Shown here in pieces: positions 27,941 to 38,158 of a DNA stretch of 64,000 bases; within the stretch, counting starts at the first letter, position 1; every line of letters starts with the position of its first letter. Both the position numbers and the translations under genes were made by a program. Location: contig CAWKKR010000002.1 of the NCBI GenBank assembly GCA_963850305.1, positions 119,761 through 183,760 on the forward strand. Reading direction: 5' to 3'. Below the pieces are notes generated by a model. The model was not told the origin of the DNA. It saw only the letters and a program-made list of their open reading frames with translations, and ran no database searches. This DNA comes from an uncultured delta proteobacterium. Its GTDB lineage: Bacteria > Myxococcota_A > Polyangia > Polyangiales > Polyangiaceae.

Positions 27941-29166
27941 TGATTCTTGGTATGCGCGGCGTTGAAACGACGCTCGCACCGAGCGACGTCGCGAAGCGCC
28001 CGGAGGGGCGTGAACGCCTGCTCGTCGGCGGGCGCATCGTGGCAGCCGGCGAGACCGATTGTCGGATCGCGGACGCCCTGGCGACGCTGCACGTGCGGTT
28101 CGCGGAGAAGGTCGCGCTCACCGTGGGAGAACTCGCCGTCGTCGAGGGCCGGATGGCCGATCACGAGCTCGACGAGGCGCGCGTGATCGCGCAATACGCG
28201 GGCGCCGAACCAACGGCGATGACCGAGTTCGGGCGTCTCGCCTTCCACGGCGTCGGTCGACGTCTCGCCGCGAGGGCGCACGCACTGCGGGTCGTGCGAG
28301 CCTATTTCGAGGCACAGGGGTTCATCGAGGTGGAAACCCCCGTGCGCGTACCGAGCCCTGGCCTGGATGCGCACGTCGACGCGATTCGAGCTGGCGACGG
28401 CTGGCTCGTCACGTCACCGGAGTTTCACATGAAGCGCCTCGTCGTGGGGGGATTACCTCGCGTATTTCAGATCGCCAGGAGCACGCGCGCCGACGAAGAA
28501 GGGGCTCTGCACGAGCCCGAGTTCACGCTCGTGGAGTGGTACCGCGCATTCTCCGATTCGAGCGACGTCCTCGCCGACGCGGAAGCGCTCGTGTCGGAAG
28601 TCGTGTGTTCGCTTTCGGGCGAGCCGTTCATCACGCTGACGGATGGGCGCCGCCTGGATGTCCGACCGCCGTTCGAGCGAACCACCGTGCGGGACGCCTT
28701 CCGCCATCACGCGGGCGTTGCCGACGCGGTCGAGCTCGCTCGGGTCGACCCCGGTCGGTACTTCGAGCTCCTGGTCGGACGCGTGGAACCGGGCCTCGCC
28801 CGAAGGTCGCGTCCGATCGTGCTGGAGGAGTTCCCCATCACGGAAGCCGCCATGGCGCGTCCTTGTGCGCATGATCCGTCGGTCGCGGAACGATTCGAGG
28901 TGTACGCAGGCGGTGTGGAGCTCTGTAACGGCTTCGGCGAGCTCACCGACCCGCGAGAGCAGCTCGCTCGCTTCGAGATCGAGCTCGAGCGGCGAAAGCG
29001 CGCGAGCGCACCACTCCACCCGATCGATCAGCGCTTTCTGGCTGCACTGCGCGAGGGCTTGCCGCCGTCGGGCGGGAACGCGCTCGGCTTCGATCGTCTC
29101 GTTGCGCTCGCGCTTTCCGCGCCCCGGATCGCCGACGTCATGGCGTTCCCGAACGTGTGCAAGTAA
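27940..29166 (+). CDS. epmA: EF-P lysine aminoacylase EpmA/GenX with an N-terminal extension
   Basis: FIEVETP, TSPEFHMKRL, HEPEFTLVEWYR, AERFEVY, ELCNGFGELTD and GLPPSGGNALGFDRL motifs. Confidence 0.92.
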   Translation: MILGMRGVETTLAPSDVAKRPEGRERLLVGGRIVAAGETDCRIADALATLHVRFAEKVALTVGELAVVEGRMADHELDEARVIAQYAGAEPTAMTEFGRLAFHGVGRRLAARAHALRVVRAYFEAQGFIEVETPVRVPSPGLDAHVDAIRAGDGWLVTSPEFHMKRLVVGGLPRVFQIARSTRADEEGALHEPEFTLVEWYRAFSDSSDVLADAEALVSEVVCSLSGEPFITLTDGRRLDVRPPFERTTVRDAFRHHAGVADAVELARVDPGRYFELLVGRVEPGLARRSRPIVLEEFPITEAAMARPCAHDPSVAERFEVYAGGVELCNGFGELTDPREQLARFEIELERRKRASAPLHPIDQRFLAALREGLPPSGGNALGFDRLVALALSAPRIADVMAFPNVCK

Positions 29167-29190
29167 CCGGGCGGTGACCGGCGCCGGCCG

Positions 29191-31824
29191 TCAGTTGCCG
29201 ATCTGGGGTACGGAGCCGGCGGCCGCCATCGACAGGAACCGGACGGCGTCCGCGTTGGCGGAGGGAACGTCGAATACGACGAAGTGCCCGTCTTGGCCGC
29301 CGGAGTTCTGGTACTCCCGGACCCCCAGGGTCACCGTATGGCCGCCCTCGATGAAGTTGCCGGCGAGCCCCGCGGGCTGCTCCACGAAGTTCGAGATCGC
29401 GTCGGGTGTCGTGACGGACGGATCGTGGACGATGAGCGAAAGGTTCGCCGCGATTGCATAGGCCTGCAGCGTGACCGGCGGCGCGTAGGTGTCGCCGATG
29501 CCGTACGTTTGAAAGATGCTCTTCGGCAAGATGCCGCTCTCGGGCGAGCGCCCGATGGCGTCCCCGAAGTTCAAGGGATCGCCCGGGTCGATCCACTGCT
29601 GAACGATCGAGAGCACCGGATGGTATTCGCCGCCGAATAGCTTTCCCTGCCCGTCGTAATCGGCGCCGAGCACGAAGGGAACCGCTGCGGCGATGTTCTG
29701 CGGCGACGTCTTGGTGAGGAGCGCATGCAGCAGGCCCGCTCCATTGCCGGAGAGTACGGCGGCGCTGAACGCGTTCGTGAACGGCAGTCCGAGGCTGCCG
29801 CCCATGGACCCCTGTGAATGCCCGAAGAACACCAGCGCGTTCGTGTCCACGTTCATCGCAGTGGTCCCGGTCACGCTCGCGGGAATCGACAACGTCTTCA
29901 TGAGGCGACCGATGCTGACGACGTCGGCGCCCGCCTGCATGGGGTTGCCGCGTGCGGCGTCGGGATTCGCAAAGTTGAAGAACAGGGTGTCTGGCGACTC
30001 CGTCGATGTCCCGCGGCGCGTGCCGTGCTCGACCTGGTCGTAGCCGAAGACGGCCATCGGGGGCGTGGCTCGAGCCAGCACGCCCGCGACGGGATCCTGG
30101 ATGAAGTCCCGGAACGAGCCGCCCGTGCCATGTGCGTACACGACCGTGGGCCACCCGCCCGATGGCATCTGGGACTTTTTTGGAATGCTCATCGCGGCGC
30201 AGATCTGTTCCGTCCGCACCGGTGCCGCGGCGATATCGCCCCCCGAGGTCAGGTACGGTTCCGTTCCGTTCTGGAAGATCGGAATCGTCACGAGCGCATG
30301 GTACTCGTCGTAGTCCGCGGTGCCGGTGCCGCAGGCGCGATCGCCGGTCGCCTGCGGACAGGGCGATGGCGTGCCGCCACCACACTTGACCCAGCCGTCC
30401 GCGGACGGTGCCGTCGCAGCCAGGGTGGCCGTCGCGAGGTTCGACATTCGAGCGGGCGTATCGGTCGTGGTGAACACGGTCGCATTCAGTACGGCCGTTG
30501 GCTGAATGCCCTGGGCGGACAGGTAATCGCGAAGTGGCTTGAAGGCGGCATAACCGTTCGCCAGTGCCGCTTCGGTTGGAGCCGTCGAACCGAGGAGCGA
30601 TGTCAGCTCCGGCGAGGGCGTGATCGCGTGACCGTTCTTGTCGCGCCCCGTGCTCGAAAGGTAAATCGTGTAAATATGTCCGGGAGTGAGGGGGTGGCCC
30701 GACGGGGGACGCACGGCGAGCCAGTCGTGACAGACGTATTTGCCACCCGTGCTCGAATAAGACCATGTCGCGCCGCCGCTGCTCGGACTGGTCGGATCGG
30801 TGATGTCGAGGAACTGCACGGGACTCGGCGCTCCGTCTTTTGCCGAGAAGGTGGCGAAATCGATCTGCCCGGAAAACCGGAAGATCGTCGTCGGATAGGT
30901 GCCCCAGGCCGTTTCGTTCCGTGAAATGGCGTCGAGGTAGATCTGCACCGGATCGAAGCCGAGCAAGGACGAACCCGGCGTCGGAAAGCCCGATAGATCG
31001 ATCTTGCCGTTCTCGATCCGGACGTCGTTCGGAAAGGGCAATCGGAAGAAATCCGCGCCGGCCGTGCTCTCGGTCGCGCCGGGGATCTCGAAATAGGCCG
31101 TCACCGTTCCCTGCGATGCGGGCTCGCAGTTGAGCGATGGCGCGACCGGTATGCCGAACGGTACGCCGCCGACGGGCGGGATGGGCGCACAGACTCCGCT
31201 GGGCGGCGCCGCACCTCCGTCGTCGCGCCCCGCGTCGCTCGACGAAGTCGCGGGCGCCGGGGTCGTGGAAGAAGGGGAGCACAAGAGCCCCGCGTAGCAA
31301 TCACTCGATGTGACGCATCCCTGTCCAACATCGGACGTGCCCTGGGGTACGCACTCCGCAGCAAACCCGACGATGCCGCATCGTAACCCCGCCTGGCAGT
31401 CGGAGTCCGAAGTGCATCCGTCGGCCGCGACGCCTTGCCCTGCGGCCGCGCACACCCCGGCAACGCACTGTGAGCCACTCGCGCACTCTTCGGCGGCCGT
31501 ACAGGGGCTCCCGAGCGGCGTCGAATGGGAGAAGGCGCAAATGCCACTTGCGCACGAAAGGCCGATTCGGCATCGCCCGGCCGCCGTGTCCGTGCAAGCC
31601 TGGCCGGCTCCGAAACCCGCCGCGATTCCGCCGTCAGAGAGCACACGGGTGCCCCCGCCGTCATTCCCGGTTCCGGCCGAGCCGCCGCTTCCGGTGTTGC
31701 CGCCGTAGCTCCCGGACAGTCCACCATCAAGGAGTTCGTCGCCCCCGCTGACGACCGAACCAGTCGAGCAGGCGGCAAGCAAGGGCGCGATTAGGACGAA
31801 CGATCGGCAACCACGACGAACCAT
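29191..31824 (-). CDS. Large lipoprotein: Cys-rich repeats plus a C-terminal alpha/beta hydrolase (lipase-like)
   Basis: Lipobox LAAC; C-x4-C-x2-GL-x-C repeats; LPFPND, YAHGTGG, GHSQG nucleophile elbow, GDP...GH. Confidence 0.82.
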   Translation of the reverse strand: MVRRGCRSFVLIAPLLAACSTGSVVSGGDELLDGGLSGSYGGNTGSGGSAGTGNDGGGTRVLSDGGIAAGFGAGQACTDTAAGRCRIGLSCASGICAFSHSTPLGSPCTAAEECASGSQCVAGVCAAAGQGVAADGCTSDSDCQAGLRCGIVGFAAECVPQGTSDVGQGCVTSSDCYAGLLCSPSSTTPAPATSSSDAGRDDGGAAPPSGVCAPIPPVGGVPFGIPVAPSLNCEPASQGTVTAYFEIPGATESTAGADFFRLPFPNDVRIENGKIDLSGFPTPGSSLLGFDPVQIYLDAISRNETAWGTYPTTIFRFSGQIDFATFSAKDGAPSPVQFLDITDPTSPSSGGATWSYSSTGGKYVCHDWLAVRPPSGHPLTPGHIYTIYLSSTGRDKNGHAITPSPELTSLLGSTAPTEAALANGYAAFKPLRDYLSAQGIQPTAVLNATVFTTTDTPARMSNLATATLAATAPSADGWVKCGGGTPSPCPQATGDRACGTGTADYDEYHALVTIPIFQNGTEPYLTSGGDIAAAPVRTEQICAAMSIPKKSQMPSGGWPTVVYAHGTGGSFRDFIQDPVAGVLARATPPMAVFGYDQVEHGTRRGTSTESPDTLFFNFANPDAARGNPMQAGADVVSIGRLMKTLSIPASVTGTTAMNVDTNALVFFGHSQGSMGGSLGLPFTNAFSAAVLSGNGAGLLHALLTKTSPQNIAAAVPFVLGADYDGQGKLFGGEYHPVLSIVQQWIDPGDPLNFGDAIGRSPESGILPKSIFQTYGIGDTYAPPVTLQAYAIAANLSLIVHDPSVTTPDAISNFVEQPAGLAGNFIEGGHTVTLGVREYQNSGGQDGHFVVFDVPSANADAVRFLSMAAAGSVPQIGN

Positions 31825-31915
31825 GTAAGACCCCATTTCGAATTCGAGCCTAAGCACGTGAGAGTATACCGAGTGTGCTCTTCGCGCCAGAGCCCGCCCG
31901 GAGGCGATGGGGAGC

Positions 31916-32590
31916 TCAGGGGTAACGAATGAGAGATACGACCGGAGAAGACGAAAGCCGAGCGCGGCCGCCGAGCGCGGCGAGCTCGATGATGAAGGCG
32001 TAGGCCAGCACGATGGCACCTTGCCGTCTCACGAGCTCGCCGGCAGCCGAGGCCGTGCCGCCGGTGGCGAGCAGATCGTCAACGACCACGACGCGAGTTC
32101 CTGCCGGAAGCGCGTCCCGGTGTATGTGAAGCTCATTTCTTCCGTACTCGAGCGCGTAGGCAATTCTGTCCGTCGCTGCCGGAAGCTTCCCTGGCTTTCG
32201 CACGGGCACGAAGCTCGCGTTCAGGCGCGCCGCAAGCGCGCCTCCGAAAATGAATCCGCGCGATTCAATGGCCACGATCGCGTCCGCATGTTCTCCGACG
32301 AACCGCTCCGCCATCGCGTCCAGCGTGATGTGGAACGCCCGGGGATCCGCCAGGAGCGGAGTGATGTCGCGAAATAGTATTCCCGGCTGCGGGAAGTCCG
32401 GTACGTCGCGGATCAAGCTCTGCGCATACTCGAGCGGATCGCCACGCGAAATAGCCATGGGCGGCGGGCCTTCCACGAGCGAGGGCGTACGCACGGGCTC
32501 CGACTTGGCCACTCCTCGTGGCGTCGGCGCGCGTCGCGCCGGGACGCGCGGCTTCTTCGCGCCGTGGGCGGATCTCTTGCGCGCGGCCAT
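31916..32590 (-). CDS. apt: Adenine phosphoribosyltransferase
   Basis: PDFPQPGILFRDITPLL, ESRGFIFG, RKPGKLP and VVDDLLATGGT motifs. Start uncertain. Confidence 0.96.
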   Translation of the reverse strand: MAARKRSAHGAKKPRVPARRAPTPRGVAKSEPVRTPSLVEGPPPMAISRGDPLEYAQSLIRDVPDFPQPGILFRDITPLLADPRAFHITLDAMAERFVGEHADAIVAIESRGFIFGGALAARLNASFVPVRKPGKLPAATDRIAYALEYGRNELHIHRDALPAGTRVVVVDDLLATGGTASAAGELVRRQGAIVLAYAFIIELAALGGRARLSSSPVVSLIRYP

Positions 32591-32628
32591 CGGAGCCTTC
32601 CACTTAACATGGCCCGGCCAGCGGCGGA

Positions 32629-33378
32629 TCAACTCGCTCGATCGGCGATCCTGCGCGCGGAAGTGGCCCCACTTTCCGCAAACAGATCGAGGAGCAGCGG
32701 CGTCACGCCGACCATGCCGGCGTCGTAGGCGTCCGTGTCCGAGCCCGGTGCGGGGCGATGTTCCGCTCCGGGCCCCCCCAGCCACAGGTATTCGGCGCCC
32801 CGTGGGTCACGCCGGAAGTCGACGTGATCTATGTAAACCCGAACTCCAAGGCAGGTGGCACGTATCGGCCAGGTGCCGCCGGGTGGGAAATTCACGTTCA
32901 GGAGCAATCCATGCCCTCTCGACTCCGCGAGCGTCGCGACGGCGAGCCGCCGGACGACCTGCGCCGCCGCGACGAAATCGCTGTCGCGCGAGGCCGAGAC
33001 GGCAAGCGACGGGTAGCCGCGAAGAGCGGCTTCGCGTGCCGCGGCGACGGTCCCACTGTAAAAGACGTCCTGGCCCAGGTTGAGACCATGGTTGAGTCCC
33101 GACACCACGAGATCGGGTCGCCGGGGCAAGACGCGTGCGCCGGAGTGCAGGGCAACGTAGACGCAGTCCGCGGGGGTCCCGTCGATCGAAAAGACCGACT
33201 GCCCGTGGTCCCGCAATCGAAGCGGACGGCCCAGCGTCAGCGCGTGGCTCGTTGCGCTCTGCTCGGTCTCGGGTGCGCACACGACGACCTCCGCCGAATC
33301 ACGGAGTGCGTCGCGCAGGATCTGGATGCCTTCAGCGCGATAGCCGTCGTCGTTCGACAGGAGCACGAGGGGTCGCAT
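32629..33378 (-). CDS. surE: 5'/3'-nucleotidase SurE
   Basis: LSNDDG, DGTPADCV and SGLNHGLNLG...YSGTVAAA motifs. Confidence 0.97.
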   Translation of the reverse strand: MRPLVLLSNDDGYRAEGIQILRDALRDSAEVVVCAPETEQSATSHALTLGRPLRLRDHGQSVFSIDGTPADCVYVALHSGARVLPRRPDLVVSGLNHGLNLGQDVFYSGTVAAAREAALRGYPSLAVSASRDSDFVAAAQVVRRLAVATLAESRGHGLLLNVNFPPGGTWPIRATCLGVRVYIDHVDFRRDPRGAEYLWLGGPGAEHRPAPGSDTDAYDAGMVGVTPLLLDLFAESGATSARRIADRAS

Positions 33379-33482
33379 GAGGCGTGTCTATAGCGCCGTT
33401 CGCTCGCCCGCGCGCGCTTTGCTGGTGGCCGGTCCGCCGCCCCTGCCACGGACCGCGACAGTAGTGTTAGCCTCCTGGATTC

Positions 33483-34697
33483 GTGGGCGGTGACTCGCAA
33501 AGTGACCTGGAACGACGGCTCGGCGACGCGCTGCCCCGATTCGGGGTAGCGGGCCGTGTCGAGGTGCGGAACGGCGTCGCATCAATCCAGGGCAACGGAC
33601 CGACCGTGACCGCGGACGTGACGGGCATTCTCGCGGAGTGGTTCGCATTTTCCGAGGAGCAACGTGCGCGGCGTGTCTCGGAGATTGCTCGTCACCTCGC
33701 CTCCGAGCGACGGGCACGCGTGCCCGAGCGTGCGCAGGGATCGTTTTCGCTCCCATCCTGGTTGGGGCCCGCGACTGCGCTCGCGGGACTCGTCGCGGCG
33801 GGCGCCGGCGCCTGGACCTTCTACCAGGGATGGACTGCGGACCGCGGCGCCGAAAAGGCCGTCAAGGCTCCCGTGGCCGATTACGATGCCGACGAACGCG
33901 AGCGAGCCGCTCGCGCAGCTCGCGTGTGCGACGCGACGCGCTCGCGCGTGCTGCGCGGCGCTGCCGTCGGGCCGTCGGACGTCGAAGGATGGGTCGTCGA
34001 GATCTCGGCTTTGCGCGATCCGTCGAAGCCGCCGCTCGCGACGGATCCCGCGTGGGGGGCCTTCGTTGCGAAGGAAAAGGCGACGGGACTGCCGCGCATC
34101 GTCTGGCCCGGAGCTCCGTCCCTGGCGAGCGCCGCTGGCCCCGAAACGACCGTGGCCCTCCTCGAAAGCGACATCGTCGACGGCGAGGCTCCTCCCGTGC
34201 TGCGCGGGATGCAGCTCGTCCTCACCGGGCGATACGTGCTCCCATACTTCCACGATGCGATGCGGATTGACTACGTCAAGTTCGCCAGCGCGCTGACGGA
34301 CGCGCTCGGTGCGAATTACGCCGCAATGTACGCACGCTGCGCGGCGGGCACCTCGCATCATATCGGAAGCTGGTTCCGCGGACCGTCACCCGGCGGCGCG
34401 TTGACGTCCCTGCTCTACTTCATCGGTTCGTACGGCGACCGTCCGGATCTTCGGGGCTCGGTGCTCGTCCCGGATGGCGCGGCGTCGATCGACCGTGCCT
34501 TCGCATTTCACAACTTGCTCGGCGTCACGTCGGCGATCAAGAAATCACGCGTGATGACGCTGCTTGCCACCGAGAACGGCATGATCGCGGGCCTGGACGA
34601 TCAACCTTCGACGATCTCCTTTCCGTTCCGGGACGCGAACCGGGCGGGACGGGCTACCCTCGAGATCGCGCGCGCGCTCGGCATCGATACGAACTGA
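33483..34697 (+). CDS. Hypothetical single-pass membrane protein
   Basis: 404-aa ORF with protein-like composition and one TM (ATALAGLVAAGAGAWTFY). Confidence 0.7.
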   Translation: MGGDSQSDLERRLGDALPRFGVAGRVEVRNGVASIQGNGPTVTADVTGILAEWFAFSEEQRARRVSEIARHLASERRARVPERAQGSFSLPSWLGPATALAGLVAAGAGAWTFYQGWTADRGAEKAVKAPVADYDADERERAARAARVCDATRSRVLRGAAVGPSDVEGWVVEISALRDPSKPPLATDPAWGAFVAKEKATGLPRIVWPGAPSLASAAGPETTVALLESDIVDGEAPPVLRGMQLVLTGRYVLPYFHDAMRIDYVKFASALTDALGANYAAMYARCAAGTSHHIGSWFRGPSPGGALTSLLYFIGSYGDRPDLRGSVLVPDGAASIDRAFAFHNLLGVTSAIKKSRVMTLLATENGMIAGLDDQPSTISFPFRDANRAGRATLEIARALGIDTN

Positions 34698-34744
34698 CTC
34701 CGCGACTCCCGCGGCAGTTCGGGTCGCTCGGGCACGCCCGGCCA

Positions 34745-34990
34745 TCACTTGCGCGCCGACCATGCCTCCGGCGTGTACGTGTTCAGGGCCAGCGCGTGAA
34801 CGGCCCCTTTCATCGCGTCGCCGAGCGCGCCGTAGACGAGTCTGTGCTGCTGGATCTTGCTCTTGCCCTCGAACGCCGTCGAGACGATGCGGGCCTGATA
34901 GTGATCTTGCGTCCCGGTGAGATCCGTCACTTCGACGTCGGCGCCAGGAAACGCTTGGAGCAGCGCCTGCTTCAGCTCGGTCGGATTCAT
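34745..34990 (-). CDS. bolA: BolA/IbaG family protein
   Basis: DHYQARIVSTAFEGKSKIQQHRLVY...VHALAL. Confidence 0.93.
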   Translation of the reverse strand: MNPTELKQALLQAFPGADVEVTDLTGTQDHYQARIVSTAFEGKSKIQQHRLVYGALGDAMKGAVHALALNTYTPEAWSARK

Positions 34991-34994
34991 GGGC

Positions 34995-36956
34995 TCATTC
35001 TTTCGGCTGTGGCGCGACGAAGGCAAGATCGCGTATCGCGTCGCGGAACCTTACCTCCTGCTCGCGGGACGCGAGGTCGATCTCGATGAGTCGCTTCGTG
35101 ATGGCATCCAGTCGGTCGGTGTCTTTGCGCAGGCGGTCCGTCAATCTGGCGACGAGGTCGGCGGCCTTCTTGTTCTTCTCCAGCGCCTTGAGACTCGAGC
35201 GCGACTCTTCCGTATTTCGCTCCAGGTCGCCCTGTTCCGTGGTCAGACTCGACCGCTCATCGTAGAGCTCTCTAAGCTTGGCGCGAACCCCCCACGCAGG
35301 GCGGAGGACCGCCACGGTTTTGGGATCGCTCTTCGGGTCGGCGAGGAAGGCCTTGACCGCCACGTCGGCGAGGTCGCTCAACCAATCAGCCGGCTCCTCG
35401 AAGGTAGTGCGCTCGTCGACGACGACCGACGCGCTCCCGAATGGCGGCACGTCGACGGGCACGAGCGCGCTTCCCGTCCCGACGTTGTCCTCGGTTCCAG
35501 GTGGCGGCTGATACAGCCGGGATTCGGGCGCTCGCGGGTGTTTCACGAGCACGTGACACGCCTCGGCTCCCCCGTTCTTCACCTTGTACGTGGTCTGATG
35601 GACGCGGTCGCGCGCGATTACGAGCTGGCTCGCCTCGATCTTCGTCACGCGTGCGCCGAGCTCGTCGTAGTGATTCTCGCTCTCGACGCCGAGACCGCGC
35701 TCGAGCGCGAATGGAACCGTAGCGGTGGCCTTCGGGGGCAAGGGTTCCAGGACCCCTTCCCCGAGAAACGACCCCTTCTCGAACACCGCGATCGGGCCGC
35801 GCTCGAGCAGCCCGTTCGATACGTTCGTGAACCGCACGACCCGGAATGGGTGCGAATAGGAATCCGCGACGCCTGGGTCCGGCGCAAACAAGAACACCGC
35901 GGCTCCCGGAACGCGTTCGTGGAGGAGCAGCACCATGGTCGCGGTCTCGTCGGGCACCGTCACGCGGTTCGGCAGCGTGTAGCGTGTGTTCCCGGCTTCG
36001 AGCGCGACCGCCGCCAGGGCGCTCATGTGCCGAGGAGCGCTGATGGACGCCGGCATCGGTGCCTGCGCGTTCCGCATCACCGACTTCGCGGCGGCAAAGC
36101 CGCCCGGACCGCGGCGCTTCTTGTCCTCGGCGCGGAAGGCACCACCCGACGCCTCCTCCTCGTCCATCACCTTCGGTTCCGGCATCGGCTCCGATGCTGC
36201 CGGAGGCGCGGGCGCCGCCGCAGCCGCAGGGGCTTCGGCGAGCGACGTCTCGCCCGTTGGTACGGTGGCAATGACTTCACCGTTGTCGTTCACGACCGGG
36301 CGCTCCGGAATGACGGGGGTTCCGAGCGTCGACTGAAACGCGATCGGAGCGCCCGCGACGAGCACGAGGTCGACGTTCTTCCACGCCTCGCCGGAAAGGT
36401 TCTGTACGATGCCCCAGGTTTGCAGGTCCGCATGGTTCGCGTCGCCGACGACGACGCGATACGACGGCCTCCAGACCGGCGTTTCTGCGACGTAGCCGAT
36501 CGACAGATCGTGGGCGCCGCCGTCGAGCGAGAGCACCACATCTTTGAGCGCGTTCGGGGACGGCGCCTTGGGCGGCTGGGGCCAGGGCTTCAGCATGCTC
36601 TGTTCGTCGGGCGAGGGCGGCGCAGGCGGCTCGTTCGCGTCATCCTTGACGTCGATGGGAAAGGACGCGCTCTTCACGGAGCCCCCGCCCCGCTCGACGA
36701 TCGCGAGCGTGGCGAGAAAATCGCCCACCATGCGTCCGCGCATCCTGAACTCGACGGTGTCGCCGTCGACCCGGCCCGCGCGTTCGAAGTAACCCACGCC
36801 GTTCCGGTACACGACGACGCGCTCGAGCGGCAGATCCGAGGATACGTTCGGTCCGCGCGCGCACCCGAGGGTCCCTCCGAGAGCTGCGGCGAGCGAGAGA
36901 ACGTGCGCGAGAGGCTGCGAAGCGGAGCGGTGACCACGGCGCGACGACGGACGCAT
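34995..36956 (-). CDS. DUF4139-domain lipoprotein
   Basis: Lipobox TLGC; RVVVYRNGVGYFER, WRPSYR and VQNLSGEAWKNVDLVLVAG motifs. Confidence 0.82.
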   Translation of the reverse strand: MRPSSRRGHRSASQPLAHVLSLAAALGGTLGCARGPNVSSDLPLERVVVYRNGVGYFERAGRVDGDTVEFRMRGRMVGDFLATLAIVERGGGSVKSASFPIDVKDDANEPPAPPSPDEQSMLKPWPQPPKAPSPNALKDVVLSLDGGAHDLSIGYVAETPVWRPSYRVVVGDANHADLQTWGIVQNLSGEAWKNVDLVLVAGAPIAFQSTLGTPVIPERPVVNDNGEVIATVPTGETSLAEAPAAAAAPAPPAASEPMPEPKVMDEEEASGGAFRAEDKKRRGPGGFAAAKSVMRNAQAPMPASISAPRHMSALAAVALEAGNTRYTLPNRVTVPDETATMVLLLHERVPGAAVFLFAPDPGVADSYSHPFRVVRFTNVSNGLLERGPIAVFEKGSFLGEGVLEPLPPKATATVPFALERGLGVESENHYDELGARVTKIEASQLVIARDRVHQTTYKVKNGGAEACHVLVKHPRAPESRLYQPPPGTEDNVGTGSALVPVDVPPFGSASVVVDERTTFEEPADWLSDLADVAVKAFLADPKSDPKTVAVLRPAWGVRAKLRELYDERSSLTTEQGDLERNTEESRSSLKALEKNKKAADLVARLTDRLRKDTDRLDAITKRLIEIDLASREQEVRFRDAIRDLAFVAPQPKE

Positions 36957-37040
36957 GGAGCTCACGATGACAGTCTTCCGGTCTTCCTTCTACAACGTTC
37001 GACCGACCGAAGGCGCTCCGTGATACGTTGGCAGCTTACC

Positions 37041-38105
37041 GTGAGTGCCTCCCCGCCGGCGAAGCCGCCCCCTCTCAAGCGTCAGCCTCCTCCTCCGCCG
37101 AAGCGTGACGGCGCGGCGAGCTCGTCGGACGCGGCGCGCGAGCCCATGACCCAGGGCGACAAGGATTCGATCGCGATCCGCGCCCTCGGGCTCCTGAACG
37201 AGCAGGTACAGGCGCGCATCGTTCATTACAAGGGCGACATGGAGACGAGCCCTGAGCTCGACGCCATCACGGCGCAGGTCGTCGCCCAGCTCAAGGAAAT
37301 GCAGGCCGCCCTCGGCCACACGACGGGGGCCGAGGAGCCCGCGGCGGAAAAGGAAGCCAAGCAGATCGCCACCCTGACGCATCTTCTCGGGCGTGTCTGC
37401 GTGGAGGGCAACCTGATCACACAGAACTTGAAGCCCATCGGTCGGCGCGTGGCGAAGCTCTTCTTCGAGAGCGAGCTTCACGAAAAGACCAAGGGGGACA
37501 AAGAGAAGACCATCTACCACGCGGAGCAGGGCGTCTATTACGTCCTTCAGAGGTACAAGAACCGCATCCGGACGGAGCTCGAGGGCTTCGAGTACGTGAC
37601 CCCGGAGACGAAGGCGACGACGCTGGAGCTCCTGACGAAGGTCGAGCGCGATCTCCAGGTCGCGTTTCTGTCGAGGCGTTCGCCCGAGCTGAATCGCGTG
37701 ATGAACATCTTCACGACCGTCTTGATGGACTTCTTCCAGAAGTTCCTGCCGACTCGGCTCGAGCAAATGGCCAGGGTCACCATCCGCAACTCCCGAACCG
37801 CGCAGCAATCGAACAGCGTCAGCTACAAGATCTTGCCCGAGGGGTTTCAGGCTTTCCGCGAGGAATGGGAGCGTCTTCTCATCCAGCAGATGGTCAACTT
37901 CTGCGGAGACGAGCTGGTGGACAAGCTCGGCGAGAGCCATGAAGAGGTCCGCGAAGAGACCGTCAAGTTCTTCACCGATCCGCACGTGTACAGCGAAACC
38001 TGCGAAGTCACCTGCGACGCACTCTACGATTTTCTGTGCCTCGAGGGCTTCCTGGACTTGCCGGTGGACTGGCGGGTCAAGATCAGCCGGGACGACGTCA
38101 GCTAG
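37041..38105 (+). CDS. Hypothetical cytoplasmic alpha-helical protein
   Basis: 3' part of the 34917 ORF; protein-like from GTG 37041 with GC-rich third positions. Start uncertain. Confidence 0.75.
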   Translation: MSASPPAKPPPLKRQPPPPPKRDGAASSSDAAREPMTQGDKDSIAIRALGLLNEQVQARIVHYKGDMETSPELDAITAQVVAQLKEMQAALGHTTGAEEPAAEKEAKQIATLTHLLGRVCVEGNLITQNLKPIGRRVAKLFFESELHEKTKGDKEKTIYHAEQGVYYVLQRYKNRIRTELEGFEYVTPETKATTLELLTKVERDLQVAFLSRRSPELNRVMNIFTTVLMDFFQKFLPTRLEQMARVTIRNSRTAQQSNSVSYKILPEGFQAFREEWERLLIQQMVNFCGDELVDKLGESHEEVREETVKFFTDPHVYSETCEVTCDALYDFLCLEGFLDLPVDWRVKISRDDVS

Positions 38106-38158
38106 TCTACGGCCAGCCCTCCTTGTGCTTCGGTGTGGCCGCGAATAGGGTGGCCGGG

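Noticed and set aside
34917..38105. 1062-aa ORF
   Set aside because: The first ~700 codons are the antisense shadow of the DUF4139 gene; only the part from ~37041 is protein-like.
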